A stretch of DNA of 64,000 bases from an uncultured Gemmatimonadales bacterium (GCA_963707505.1 CAVPQB010000003.1:512001-576000); one strand, 5' to 3'. Positions 42,501-53,057 are shown, counted from the stretch's first letter. A program made the numbers and translations. The notes: generated from the sequence alone by a model not told the origin.

Positions 42501-43438
42501 CGCAAACACCACCAGAGCTCTCGGTCGTCGTGGTAGCATTCGTTGGAGAGCAGTATCTCCGACGACTGCTCGACGCGCTTACCCAACAGGCGACCGAACG
42601 AACGGAAGTGATCGTCGTCTGTGATTCACTGATCGGTGACGTTGGGCGGTTTCGCTCGAGCTATCCTGCGGTCGATTTCGTAAGGTTCGACGAGCGGCGC
42701 TCGCCCGCCAGCCTCCGTGCTGTAGGCGTCGCTCGCGCGCGGGGCCGAATCGTTGCGCTCGTGGAGGATCACTGCGTGCCGACGCCGGACTGGACAGCAC
42801 AAGTGATCGCGGCGCACGAAGGAGATGCGGCTGCCGTCGGCGGCGCGATGGAAAAGGGCTTTCCGCCCGGTTCCGATGATGACACGGCTCTCAACTGGGC
42901 ACTGTATCTGGCGGATTACAGCCGCTACGCACTTCCGATGGCTGAAGGCCGATCCGGAGCGGCCTCCGACTGCAATGTTTCGTACAAGCGGGACGCGCTC
43001 GTGGAGATCGCGCCGGCGTGGAGCAACGAGTTTCACGAAAACATCGTGCACGCAGAGCTCGCAAAGCGTGGCAAGACCCTATGGTTCTCGCCGCGCATCG
43101 TGGTCCACGAGCAGCGATCGATGACATGGTCGCAGACGCTCCACGATAGGTATTCGTTCGGTCGCCTGTTCGGCAGTACGCGCGTCGTGGCCGCCTCGCC
43201 GGCGAAGCGGCTGGCAATGTCGGGCGTCGCTCTTTTGCTACCACCGCTCCTCGTTGTTCGTGTGACGGGCAACGTTGTCCGCAGGCGACGATATCTGGCC
43301 GCGCTCGCGCGGGCCTCGGTGCCGCTCATCGTCGTTGCGTCGGCGTGGGCGGCGGGCGAGCTGATGGGATACGTCACCGGGAAGGCCGGTGCTTCTCTCA
43401 GCCAAACTCCTGCGACAAACGCAACGGAGAGTACGTAA
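42497..43438 (+). CDS. GT2 glycosyltransferase with C-terminal hydrophobic helices
   Basis: LSVVVVA, ARGRIVALVEDHC, CNVSYKR; GTGA-coupled start. Confidence 0.85.
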   Translation: MTQTPPELSVVVVAFVGEQYLRRLLDALTQQATERTEVIVVCDSLIGDVGRFRSSYPAVDFVRFDERRSPASLRAVGVARARGRIVALVEDHCVPTPDWTAQVIAAHEGDAAAVGGAMEKGFPPGSDDDTALNWALYLADYSRYALPMAEGRSGAASDCNVSYKRDALVEIAPAWSNEFHENIVHAELAKRGKTLWFSPRIVVHEQRSMTWSQTLHDRYSFGRLFGSTRVVAASPAKRLAMSGVALLLPPLLVVRVTGNVVRRRRYLAALARASVPLIVVASAWAAGELMGYVTGKAGASLSQTPATNATEST

Positions 43439-43440
43439 TC

Positions 43441-44898
43441 ATGCTTCCTGTGACTGACCTGACGCCGCGCCGGGTACGCCCGCTGATCGCGCTACTCATG
43501 ACGAGCGCGATGATTGGCTGCGGCGGTGGATCGTCGGATGGCCCCGGACAGTCCGGCACTTCCCAGCAACCTTCGTCAACGTCCGGTCCGGCACCGTCGA
43601 CGGTCATCACTGTCAACCCGTCGGTCAGGTACCAGACGATGACTGGCTGGGAAGCGACCGCAGAGGGTGGTCAGAACGATGTCGCGGCGTATCCAGCGTA
43701 CCGCGCGCAGCTACTCGATCTCGCCGTCAACACGCTCGGAATCAACCGGCTGCGCGTGGAGGTGAAGAGCGGCGTGGAGAACCCGGTAGATACGTGGGCC
43801 GAGGAGCAGTCCGGGGCGCTCTCCGCCGCGGATTGGCGCTGCCAGCGTTACGCGACGATAAACGACAATGCCGATCCGATGGTCATCAATCCGGCGGGCT
43901 TTCACTTCTCGGAGCTTGACGCGACCATGAACCGTCTCGTGCTCCCGATGAAGGCGCTCGTGGAGGCACGTGGTGAGCATCTGTATCTGAACGTCGAGTA
44001 CGTCGCGTTCGCGCGACAGTGCAGCAACACGCCATACGCTCACCTGAACAACCCGGCAGAATACGCCGAGTTCGTTCTTGCTACGTACCAGCATCTGCAG
44101 TCCACTTTCAATGTCACGCCCGACTCCTGGGAAGTCATACTCGAGCCAGATAACACTGGCGGTTTGTGGGACGGTGGCATGGTTGGCCGTGCGATCGCGG
44201 CCGCGGGTGACAGATTGAAGGCGGCCGGATTCACACCGCATTTCGTCGCCCCGTCAACAATGAACATGAGCAACGCAGCATCGTACATCGATGCGATGAT
44301 GGCGGTGCCGGGTGCACAGCAGTACGTGAAGGAGCTGTCGTATCACCGGTACGCCGGCGTTTCAGACGATGCTCTCGCCGCAATCGTGACGCGCGCCAAC
44401 AAGTACGGACTTCAGACATCCATGCTGGAGCACATCGGAAGCGATTATCAGGACCTGTACACGGATCTTACGGCGGGCCAGAACAGTGCATGGCAGCAAT
44501 ACACGCTTGGCTATCCCGGCTCCGACGGCGGCGGTGCGTACTTCATCGTCGGAAGTGGCGCCTCGCCGACGGTAACGATGGGATCGCGCACATCGTACCT
44601 CATGGAGTATTTTCGGTACGTTCGCGCTGGCGCCGTGCGCGTGGGAACTAGCGGCGGGACCGATGCTGCTGCACCCGTGGCATTCGTCAATACGAATGGC
44701 GGATTTGTCGTCGTCACGAAGACAAGCGGCGCTGTGACATTCCGCATCAACGGCCTGCCCGCCGGAAGTTACGGCGTCTCGTACAGCACGGGCGCAGCGT
44801 CAGGCAGCCAGTTGCCGAGCGTGACAGCGACAACTGGCAGTGGGGTCGATGTCACCATGCCAGCGGCTGGGGTGATCACGGTCTATCATCAACCGTAG
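43441..44898 (+). CDS. Lipoprotein with glycoside hydrolase GH30-like (clan A) domain
   Basis: Lipobox MIGC plus G/S/P linker; YQTMTGW, LGINRLRV, VILEPD (putative acid/base), SYHRY, MLEH (putative nucleophile), YFRYVRAGAVRV, AFVNTNG and a beta-sandwich tail. Confidence 0.65.
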   Translation: MLPVTDLTPRRVRPLIALLMTSAMIGCGGGSSDGPGQSGTSQQPSSTSGPAPSTVITVNPSVRYQTMTGWEATAEGGQNDVAAYPAYRAQLLDLAVNTLGINRLRVEVKSGVENPVDTWAEEQSGALSAADWRCQRYATINDNADPMVINPAGFHFSELDATMNRLVLPMKALVEARGEHLYLNVEYVAFARQCSNTPYAHLNNPAEYAEFVLATYQHLQSTFNVTPDSWEVILEPDNTGGLWDGGMVGRAIAAAGDRLKAAGFTPHFVAPSTMNMSNAASYIDAMMAVPGAQQYVKELSYHRYAGVSDDALAAIVTRANKYGLQTSMLEHIGSDYQDLYTDLTAGQNSAWQQYTLGYPGSDGGGAYFIVGSGASPTVTMGSRTSYLMEYFRYVRAGAVRVGTSGGTDAAAPVAFVNTNGGFVVVTKTSGAVTFRINGLPAGSYGVSYSTGAASGSQLPSVTATTGSGVDVTMPAAGVITVYHQP

Positions 44899-46432
44899 GT
44901 GTCGCGTACCGTAATGAGTTGTGCTCGAGGCTGTGCTCAACGCAGTGGCGTCGCCAGATCAACCAGATTGTGATGCCCAGCAGGAGGAAGATCGGTAGCG
45001 GTGAAACACCGGTGGTCGCAAGGAACGGTGCATAACCTGCTGACGCAGTCTTGCTCAGGACCGTGAGGAATGGAAGCTCGAAGCCTCCGAGCAGGATGTG
45101 CATCAAAGAAGTCGCCACATCCTCGCGTGCCATTGCCACGCTCCACGAGATGGCGACCGTCGGCACGACGAGCAGATAGCGCAGCAGCGGGCCACATCGA
45201 AGCAGCACGGGCACTAATGCCACGAACAGCAACGGTGCCGCGGGCACCATGTACCGAACTCCGGTATTCCACTGCAGGAATGCATACTGATTCGCGCTGC
45301 TGAACAGCCAGAGTGCCGCGCACGCGCCAAAAATGAGCGTCAGCTCGGCGCTACTCACGATGCGCGGGCGACGCTCGACGAAGGGTGCGGCGAATGCAGC
45401 GACGAGCATGGGACAGAATGCGAACAAGCCGTACCGGAGATCGAACAGATTTCCCCAGAGCAGCGAGCCGACCGGCAGAGAAATTCCGTTCCAGCCGCGC
45501 CCACTGTACTGCGTGGCGGCCATGTAACGCTGCGCGGGAAAGAACGGGTTCCCAAACGCGGCCCACTGATACCACAGCAGCAGTAGCAGAGGACCCAGCG
45601 CGCCGGCGGCGAGCCATGCGGCATCTCTGACACCCGCAACGGCGCCTGCGCGCCGCCAGCCTCGTGCGAGTGTCCAGAGCCCGAAGGCGACGATGAGCGA
45701 CGCGCCACTGTAATCGCACAGCACCGCAAGACCCAACATCGCGCCGGCGCCTGCAAGCGCGCGATTACTCGGCGGCCACGCTGTACCAGGCTGTTCGTCC
45801 GGACTGGACCGTGCACTCGCGAGCAGCACGAACGCTATCAGCGTACAGTGCGTGACGATCGCATTCTGATTCAGGAATGCCGAGCGAAAGAAGATCGGAG
45901 TACCGAATGCGTAGAGAAGCGAAAACCACAACGCCTGACGCTCGTCACCGAGTCGAGCACGAAGAAACCAGAAAAGCACTACTGCGGCGAGCGCGCCGAG
46001 CGGCGCCATGAGACCAGCCTGTGTGATCGCGGCGGCGAGACCGAGCTTGACGTCGAGCCCGCGCTCCCGCGACGCATTGAGAAATTTCGTACGATTCGGC
46101 CGCGGATCGTTGTATGCGGCGGCCGGCTTGGGACTTATCAGATCAGGGCGGGCATGAAAGAGCATTGCCAGCGCGGGCCGCGCAACAGCATACGGGATCG
46201 CGCCGAGCATCGAGGCGCCGGGGTTGTTGTTGATGTACGCGCCCCTCCCTGGAATCAGAAAGAGATCCGGGTGCAGGCCCATGTATTCATCCACACGCAC
46301 CGACAGATGTTCGCCCAGCGTGATGGCGAGGTAGGTCTCGCGCACAACATTCGATGCAAAGTGAGTGACGTACACGAGAAACACTGTCAGGGCCAGTCGG
46401 GCAGCCGTGCTGAAGCGAGGCCATGTGCGCAT
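44876..46432 (-). CDS. Multi-pass membrane protein, probable GT-C
   Basis: TGATG-coupled start MRTWPRFS; NNNPGASMLG, AFGTPIF, WAAFGNPF, YGLFAFCP, GVRYMVP. Confidence 0.65.
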   Translation of the reverse strand: MRTWPRFSTAARLALTVFLVYVTHFASNVVRETYLAITLGEHLSVRVDEYMGLHPDLFLIPGRGAYINNNPGASMLGAIPYAVARPALAMLFHARPDLISPKPAAAYNDPRPNRTKFLNASRERGLDVKLGLAAAITQAGLMAPLGALAAVVLFWFLRARLGDERQALWFSLLYAFGTPIFFRSAFLNQNAIVTHCTLIAFVLLASARSSPDEQPGTAWPPSNRALAGAGAMLGLAVLCDYSGASLIVAFGLWTLARGWRRAGAVAGVRDAAWLAAGALGPLLLLLWYQWAAFGNPFFPAQRYMAATQYSGRGWNGISLPVGSLLWGNLFDLRYGLFAFCPMLVAAFAAPFVERRPRIVSSAELTLIFGACAALWLFSSANQYAFLQWNTGVRYMVPAAPLLFVALVPVLLRCGPLLRYLLVVPTVAISWSVAMAREDVATSLMHILLGGFELPFLTVLSKTASAGYAPFLATTGVSPLPIFLLLGITIWLIWRRHCVEHSLEHNSLRYATPTVDDRP

Positions 46433-47892
46433 CAGTCTTCCACCACGTGGCTCTCGAATTCGCGACGATAGTCCGCCCAGCGCTCGAGGTCGAAGCCCTC
46501 TGGCCCAAGGCAATCGGAAGCCGCGTATGCCATGCGGAGCGCGTGGTGAGTATTGTCGTGCGCGAAAAGGCCCTGGCGACCGAAGGTCAGCATGTTCGGC
46601 TGTTCTGAAGCCCATCCATCCAGCGCGGCAAACGCGCGCTCGTAACCCTGGTGATAGATCGGATACGCGAAGCGCAGCCGCTTCACATATACGGAAGTTG
46701 GCGCTGCCGGGAGCGGCAGACCGGAACGCACGAGATCCGCCGCAACGATCTCCCCTAGAGCAGCGTCACTCATTTCCCAGTGCGCGTCACCCAGCGCACA
46801 GGGCAGCTCCGCGCACAGCGTGGTGGAGGTGCGCGGCTCATCCAGCGCCGAATAGTTTTTCGGCTCCGACAATCGCGTGATCGTGACGGATCGCTCCGGA
46901 AAGTAATGCGCGTCGAATTCCGTGAACTGCGGAACCGGCAAGGTGAGATACACAAGCAGCATCGCCCTGTACTGAATCTCACCGGACGCCCTCAGCGATG
47001 CAGCATCCGGCTCCGGAGTCGTCATTCTGGCGAGCATCGTGATTGGAAGTGTGGACCAGAGATAGTCGGCGTGCATCGCCCGAGCTTCGGATCCGCGCTC
47101 GACACGTACGGACCACCCTTCTCCTTCTCGCTCGACGCCGACGACGCGCCACCCGAGCATGATTTCTGCGCCCGACTTGCTGGCAGCGTCTGCAAACGCT
47201 TCACTGATCTGTCCGAAGCCGCGCCGCGGGTAGAAGAATCGACCCGAGCCCGCCGGCTTGAATCCCGGCACTGCCGCCAGCAGCTTGCGAAACAACTTCT
47301 TGAACGAGCCTGCCGAAACTCTGCGGCGTGCCTGAATCGCGGAGAGCTCTTCGGGCTCCGCGCCCCAGATCTTTCGCGCGTACGGGAAGTAGAAGTCGCG
47401 GCATATCGTCTCGCCCAGGCTCGCCTGGAGAACCGATGCGAAACTCTCCTGGCTCGGTGCATCGGCTGATTTTCCCCGTCCTCGACGCATCATGTCGCGC
47501 AATGTGCCGAGTGCGAAGCCCGGGTCCAGGCGCAGAAGAAGGTCGACCGGCTTGAGGGGGAAATGAATCCATCGCCCGCGCAACCGGATACGACCATGTC
47601 GCGGGCGGTCGAGCAGATCGCCGCCGAGGACGGTCTTGATGTCCTCCAGAATCGCGGGATCGCATGCGGGATGAAGCCGATGGCTCCCGTAGTCGAGTCG
47701 CTGGCCTGCATGGTCGAAGCTGCCGGAGTTGCCGCCGACGGCGGGATTCGCTTCGATGAGCGTGACGCGCGCGCGTTTGAGCCGGCGTAGCTGGAATGCC
47801 GCGCCCACGCCAGCGGGACCGCCTCCCAGAACGACGACGTGCGGAAGCTCCGGAGTGTCAGTCGCGGAAACCGACTCGGCTGGTCGTGTCAT
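46432..47892 (-). CDS. FAD-dependent oxidoreductase, UGM/protoporphyrinogen oxidase-like #2
   Basis: GGGPAG, LDYGSHRLH, YARKIWG, FFYPRRGFGQI, AYPIY, GRQGLFAHDNTHHAL. Confidence 0.85.
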   Translation of the reverse strand: MTRPAESVSATDTPELPHVVVLGGGPAGVGAAFQLRRLKRARVTLIEANPAVGGNSGSFDHAGQRLDYGSHRLHPACDPAILEDIKTVLGGDLLDRPRHGRIRLRGRWIHFPLKPVDLLLRLDPGFALGTLRDMMRRGRGKSADAPSQESFASVLQASLGETICRDFYFPYARKIWGAEPEELSAIQARRRVSAGSFKKLFRKLLAAVPGFKPAGSGRFFYPRRGFGQISEAFADAASKSGAEIMLGWRVVGVEREGEGWSVRVERGSEARAMHADYLWSTLPITMLARMTTPEPDAASLRASGEIQYRAMLLVYLTLPVPQFTEFDAHYFPERSVTITRLSEPKNYSALDEPRTSTTLCAELPCALGDAHWEMSDAALGEIVAADLVRSGLPLPAAPTSVYVKRLRFAYPIYHQGYERAFAALDGWASEQPNMLTFGRQGLFAHDNTHHALRMAYAASDCLGPEGFDLERWADYRREFESHVVED

Positions 47893-47895
47893 GAC

Positions 47896-48873
47896 TCACG
47901 CATGGTTGGCGTTGGGTTCCAGTTTTCCCGTCTTGCGTGTGCCGGTCACGTCGCGCCATCCAGTGCGGCCACCGCTCAGCGCCCACCACACTGCTCCACC
48001 AACCAATCCGCCAGATATCATTACAGATTGCCAGATCAGCGCAGCGACGATCCCGAGCGTTACCGGCACGCCGGCCGGCGCCAGCAGCGCGGCGAGCGTG
48101 GCGTCGCGGACGGCCAGCCCTCCGAGACTTATCGGGAGCAGTCCCGCGATCTTTGCGAGCGGCCAGACGAAGAACCATACGGTGATGGAAACCGTTATTC
48201 CGACCGAGCGGCCGATCCATGCGTTGAGCAGCACGAATCCGCTCTGCATCGCGAGCGAAATCATCGCCGCCGTGAGCGCCGTTCCCGGCGATCGACTCAT
48301 GCGCCGCAACACAACCAGACTGCGCCCCACCGGCCTGCGAATCTTCTTCGGCCATCTGCTGAGACGGCGGCGAAGCAGGAGGGGCACGCACGCAAACACC
48401 GCGATGGCAACGACGAGGACACCGACCGCGAGCAGCTCTCCCGCCCATCCTGGAAATGAATCGCGTGACAGAACTCCGCCGACGGCGATCAACAATCCCG
48501 TGGCAGCTATGTCGATCGCCCTGTCGGCAGCACTTCCGAAGAAAGCGGCTTCGGGCCGGCCGGTCGCGCGAGCGGCGAGCGCTGCGCGAACTACATCGCC
48601 ACCAACCACCGTCGGGAGGCAGAGATTGGCGAACAGGCCCGCGGCGTAGCAGCGAATCGCGTCGCGTGACTTCATGCGCGCGCGTCCTGCGTTCACGAGC
48701 ATGCGCCATTTCGCGACACCCAGGCGGTGGCCGGCGAGAAAGCCAACCAGCACAAGTGCCCATGTGCTGAACGTGAGACGCGAGATCGCCGTCTCGACCT
48801 GGTGCCACGGCAGGAAGTAGAATATCGCGGCGAGCAGTCCGATGCTCACCGCCGGTTTGAGCCAACGCTTCAT
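47896..48873 (-). CDS. Lysylphosphatidylglycerol synthase TM-domain (AglD2-like flippase) protein
   Basis: KWRMLV, NLCLPTVVGGDVVRA, DR, LPISLGGLAVRD. Confidence 0.85.
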   Translation of the reverse strand: MKRWLKPAVSIGLLAAIFYFLPWHQVETAISRLTFSTWALVLVGFLAGHRLGVAKWRMLVNAGRARMKSRDAIRCYAAGLFANLCLPTVVGGDVVRAALAARATGRPEAAFFGSAADRAIDIAATGLLIAVGGVLSRDSFPGWAGELLAVGVLVVAIAVFACVPLLLRRRLSRWPKKIRRPVGRSLVVLRRMSRSPGTALTAAMISLAMQSGFVLLNAWIGRSVGITVSITVWFFVWPLAKIAGLLPISLGGLAVRDATLAALLAPAGVPVTLGIVAALIWQSVMISGGLVGGAVWWALSGGRTGWRDVTGTRKTGKLEPNANHA

Positions 48874-49835
48874 TTGCGGTTTGCCATTCGCGCGTTCTGA
48901 TCCGCGAGCATCCCCACGGACCAGATGATCAGCGCGGCGAGAAGTCCGAGCACAGTCGTCTCCGACATGTTGTCGCGAGATATGTCGTAGATAAGCTTTG
49001 CGATTCCTATCACCGCCAGAACAGCACCCAGCGGTATGAACACCTTCAGTGGATTGAAGAAGACGATCGTCCGGAGGATGAGAAGTGTAAAGTCGTACGC
49101 GTGACGTGCACGAATCGTCGAGTTGCCCAGTCGCTTGTAATAGTCGATGGATATGTATTCCACCGTATGATCGTTGCAGATGGACGCCAGCGTGATCGTC
49201 GTGGTGAATGAAAATCCCGGCGGCAGGAGATACTCATAGCGCTCAACGAGGCTCTTGCGCATGAGCCTCAAGCCCGAATTGATGTCGGGAATGTGCTGAC
49301 CGCTCAGGTAGCTCGCGAGCCAACGAAGGAACGCCTTGGCCGGTCGGCGGACGAACGGCACCTGGACTGTCTCGCCGGTACGTGCACCGACCACCATGTC
49401 GTTGACATCCGCACGAGCAAGCAACTTCGGAATCGCCGCGACAGGATACGTGCCGTCGGCGTCAGTGATCAGAACCCAGTCGAAGTACGCGCGCCTTATA
49501 CCGTGCTTGAGCGAAGCGCCATAACCGCGATTGCGCGGATGCGACAGTACATGCGCACCGGCCGCTGCGGCGCGCTGAGCTGTGTCGTCGCTGGAACCGT
49601 CGTCCACCACGATGATCTCGTAGTCCCACCCCGAAGCATCCATCACGCGGACCACGTCGTCGATCTGCGTAGCAACGTGCGCCCCCTCGTTGAATGCAGG
49701 AATGACGATCGAAACCGCATGGGCGAGAGAACGCTCGCCCGGCTCCAGCTCGCGCTCGATCATGCCGGCGGCGTGGAAACGAGCTACGGACCGTGGCTCT
49801 TGCAGGTCCTGCAGTGGGTTCGGAGGTGCGGTCAT
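48870..49835 (-). CDS. GT2, polyprenol-phosphate glycosyltransferase (DPM synthase/GtrB-like)
   Basis: SIVIPAFNE, VVDDGSSD, NRGYGASLK, TDADGTY, DMVVGAR, DINSGLR and two C-terminal TM helices. Confidence 0.88.
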   Translation of the reverse strand: MTAPPNPLQDLQEPRSVARFHAAGMIERELEPGERSLAHAVSIVIPAFNEGAHVATQIDDVVRVMDASGWDYEIIVVDDGSSDDTAQRAAAAGAHVLSHPRNRGYGASLKHGIRRAYFDWVLITDADGTYPVAAIPKLLARADVNDMVVGARTGETVQVPFVRRPAKAFLRWLASYLSGQHIPDINSGLRLMRKSLVERYEYLLPPGFSFTTTITLASICNDHTVEYISIDYYKRLGNSTIRARHAYDFTLLILRTIVFFNPLKVFIPLGAVLAVIGIAKLIYDISRDNMSETTVLGLLAALIIWSVGMLADQNARMANRK

Positions 49836-51583
49836 CGGCTCACCATCACGTAAAGGTCTCCGCCTCCGACAGTGCCCGGAAAGCGTGCTACGGTACGATA
49901 CGAATCTGATAAGCGCGCCCACAGGGTGGGCTCACCGGTTTCTATGCGCACAGGAAATGTCAGGACCATCCAGGTCCGTGCACCTCCAGCCTCGACTTGC
50001 GCCAGGTCCGAAGCCGACGTTACAGTCGGCCACGGAAGGTGGTAATACCGGCCGTAAACGTAGCTGGTCATGTCAGTCACCGCGACTACGTCGCCTGGGC
50101 TGCGGTGAGACTCGACAAAGCCCATCGCCGCTCCAAAATCCTGCTTTGGCAGCCATGCACGCGGAACCGTCATGAGGCTGGCAGCGGCGACAAGCAGTGC
50201 TCCGCCAACCGACACCGCGCCGGAAGCTCTGCTCGGCACAACCGCGTGGACCAAGGCAAATCCTCCGCGTACAGCGATGAGGACGGCAAAGCCAGCGCTG
50301 AAGAAGAAGAAACGCGGCCAGAGATTGTGCGAAAGTATCATTACGGCGGCACCTGTCACGACAGCAGGGAGCAACATCACCGTAGTAATCACCGCGCTCC
50401 TCCGCCAGTAACTCGCCACGCCCGCACCGATGATGATGAACACAACCGCGACGGCCGCAAGGCCCCCAGGAATCCCGCTGCTCAGAACTCGCAGCCCTTC
50501 GGTAAACATCCAGACGGGATCCTTCCAAACCGTGGCGGAGCCAGCATCCGGCGGAATCAACAACGTCGCGATGAATTGCGGCAGGACGAGTGCATAGACA
50601 AGCACCGAAAGCGTCCCGGCGAGCACGAGACCGGCGAGTGGCGCACGCCAGGCACGATTGCGAAGGTCGTCGCGTCGAACGACCACGAGGCAAAGCCACA
50701 CGAGCGCATGCGTGGCTGTGACGAATACCGCCGTCACATGGATCATGTTGGCCAACGCCATGCTTACAGCATATCCCCCAACATTGCGCCACGTGTGACG
50801 CAGCGGATCGCTCAGAAGCAACAGGAAGCAGCCGCTCCCGACGAGAGTTAAGAACAGCAACCCGGTGTAGCCACGAGCGTTCTGAGAAAACCAGACGTGA
50901 TGATAGGAGACGGCGAGTATGGTCGCGGCGAGCAACGCTTCGCGCCGCGACGTCACCCGCTCACCAAACCAGATCAGGGCACCGAGACTAGCGACGCCGA
51001 GGCAGACGGCGGGAAGACGGAGCGCCCACGCGCTGCCGCCAAAGAGAACGACTGAGATCCGCGCCAGAATCGAGTACAGCAGATGTTGATTCTGGCTGTC
51101 GAATGTCGATATGATGTGAATGAGCGGCAGCCGCACGTAATCGACGAACGTCTGGATCTCATCGAACCAGAGGCCACTGCCGAGCGACGGGATACGGAGA
51201 CCAGCCCCCAGGACCATGATACAAACGGCTGCGCCGGTCTCGGTGCGGGTCCACGGCCTGGACGCGGGCGCAGCGGCACCGGGCGCCAGGCCGCGCGCAG
51301 CCACCGGCGCGAGTGGCACCGATGGAATGAGTCCGAGCAGCAACGCATGCACGAGCAGCGAGGCCTTCAGGAGTACGACCCCGACGACAAGCTGCGCCAG
51401 GTGCTGGCCTGATGCTGCGGGACCGGCGAGCGCAGCGGCGAGCGAGTGCACGGGTAGCAACGCAGCAATGACGAAGAGTGCGACCGCGACCTGGCGCGGC
51501 CATACGCGCAGCCATGCCACGAGGCCAGACGTGGCGCGCATCATCGCGCCCTCATCGGCAGCGCCCGAGTGACTGCTTGGCAT
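49832..51583 (-). CDS. GT39/GT83 (PMT_2) GT-C glycosyltransferase
   Basis: LRIPSLGSGLWFDE, HLLYS, FGGSAWALRLP, FSQNARGY. Confidence 0.85.
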   Translation of the reverse strand: MPSSHSGAADEGAMMRATSGLVAWLRVWPRQVAVALFVIAALLPVHSLAAALAGPAASGQHLAQLVVGVVLLKASLLVHALLLGLIPSVPLAPVAARGLAPGAAAPASRPWTRTETGAAVCIMVLGAGLRIPSLGSGLWFDEIQTFVDYVRLPLIHIISTFDSQNQHLLYSILARISVVLFGGSAWALRLPAVCLGVASLGALIWFGERVTSRREALLAATILAVSYHHVWFSQNARGYTGLLFLTLVGSGCFLLLLSDPLRHTWRNVGGYAVSMALANMIHVTAVFVTATHALVWLCLVVVRRDDLRNRAWRAPLAGLVLAGTLSVLVYALVLPQFIATLLIPPDAGSATVWKDPVWMFTEGLRVLSSGIPGGLAAVAVVFIIIGAGVASYWRRSAVITTVMLLPAVVTGAAVMILSHNLWPRFFFFSAGFAVLIAVRGGFALVHAVVPSRASGAVSVGGALLVAAASLMTVPRAWLPKQDFGAAMGFVESHRSPGDVVAVTDMTSYVYGRYYHLPWPTVTSASDLAQVEAGGARTWMVLTFPVRIETGEPTLWARLSDSYRTVARFPGTVGGGDLYVMVSR

Positions 51584-51599
51584 CGACGCGAGTGTTTCA

Positions 51600-53057
51600 C
51601 TAGACGGAGAGCACGGGTATCTGGCCGCCACGCAATCTGATTGCACCTGTGAGGACGAGAGCAATCGCATAGGATGTGGCGCCGCATGCTATCGCCGCGA
51701 CCAGCGTCTGTGGCTCGAGCATCAGCAGCACGAATGCCATCGCCGATACCGCAACGAGTGGCCGCCACAAGCGACCCAGTACGATTCCTCCAATCCGCGC
51801 CCGCCTGGCAGCGTACAGCGTCAGCGCCAGCCGCACGCTCTCACCCAGAATCGTCGCCACCGCTGCACCGGCAATTCCGAAACGCGAGATCAGCGCGATA
51901 TCAAGGACAGTGACAACGACAAGGGTGAGCGCGAACGCGCGTAAAACGTCAGCCTCACGCCCGACCGACAGCAATCCGACGACAGCAACGTTGCACAGAA
52001 CTCCGGGAATCAGCGACCAGATCAACAAGCGCAGCGCATCACCGGCCGGCGCATACGTGGACCCGAGCACCAGTGCGACTATGCTCGGCGCGACCACCGC
52101 TCCCCCAACGACAACAGGAATGAGAAACACGAACACATGGACTAGGGAGGTCTCGAACAGCTTGCGGTGCTCGCCAGCATCCGCACGACATGCACTGAGG
52201 ACGGAAAGCAGACTAAGCCCGTAGGCGATGCCGACATTCAAGCAGAAGGCAACCACGGTATATGCGGCAGCGTAGTAGCCCACGCTCTCTGAGCCGCGGA
52301 AAAAACGCAGAAAGAGCAGATCGGAGTTATACAGCGCAAGCCCGAACAGTGACGCCGCCATGAGGTGCCATCCCTGTCGCAGCAACGGAAGGGCAACACG
52401 CAGATCGATGCGGGGCCGACGCACAATGCCGCTCCGAACCAGGATCGAGAGAAGGACAACAGCAGTGAGTCCGTCTCCGATGATCTGCGCGATCGGGACG
52501 CGTGTCACGTCGTCGGCGCCGTGCACGGCTACGAGAAGTACACCGAGAGCAACGCATTCTCCAAGAACGCGTGCAGCAGCCACGCGGCGCGAATGCTCCA
52601 TCCCGACGTGCACCCAACTCGTACTGATTCCTACGGCCACCAGAGCGCCGCAGTAGATGGCGAGAACTGTTCCGTCAGGATTGGGCAGGAAAATCCATGA
52701 CAACACCGCGACCGCGCCGGCGAGGAGCGTCGCGATCGCCGCCCTCACCGTGAGCAACGCAGGCACCATGCTGCGGAGCTCGTCGCGATGAGCCGCAACT
52801 TCACGAACGCCGACGCCAAGATCGAAGCCAGCGTCTGCGAGGCGCTGCAGGTAGAGAAGTACGGCCAGCGCAAAGCCAATAATGCCGTAACGCGCCGGAC
52901 CAAGCGTACGCGCAACGTAAAGCGTACCGGCGAAGGCTATGAGCCGCGCGGTTACCTCGCCGGAGCCAAGCGCCACGAAGGCGCGCGCCACGCGACCCGC
53001 AACCGGGGCAACCGGTGCAACGGCTCCCGAATTACCGGTCGTCAAGCTGGTTGCCAT
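51600..53057 (-). CDS. Wzx-like (MOP family) oligosaccharide flippase
   Basis: ARTLGPARYG, DLGVGVRE, SDLLFL, VGYYAAAY, FGIAGAAVAT. Confidence 0.9.
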   Translation of the reverse strand: MATSLTTGNSGAVAPVAPVAGRVARAFVALGSGEVTARLIAFAGTLYVARTLGPARYGIIGFALAVLLYLQRLADAGFDLGVGVREVAAHRDELRSMVPALLTVRAAIATLLAGAVAVLSWIFLPNPDGTVLAIYCGALVAVGISTSWVHVGMEHSRRVAAARVLGECVALGVLLVAVHGADDVTRVPIAQIIGDGLTAVVLLSILVRSGIVRRPRIDLRVALPLLRQGWHLMAASLFGLALYNSDLLFLRFFRGSESVGYYAAAYTVVAFCLNVGIAYGLSLLSVLSACRADAGEHRKLFETSLVHVFVFLIPVVVGGAVVAPSIVALVLGSTYAPAGDALRLLIWSLIPGVLCNVAVVGLLSVGREADVLRAFALTLVVVTVLDIALISRFGIAGAAVATILGESVRLALTLYAARRARIGGIVLGRLWRPLVAVSAMAFVLLMLEPQTLVAAIACGATSYAIALVLTGAIRLRGGQIPVLSV

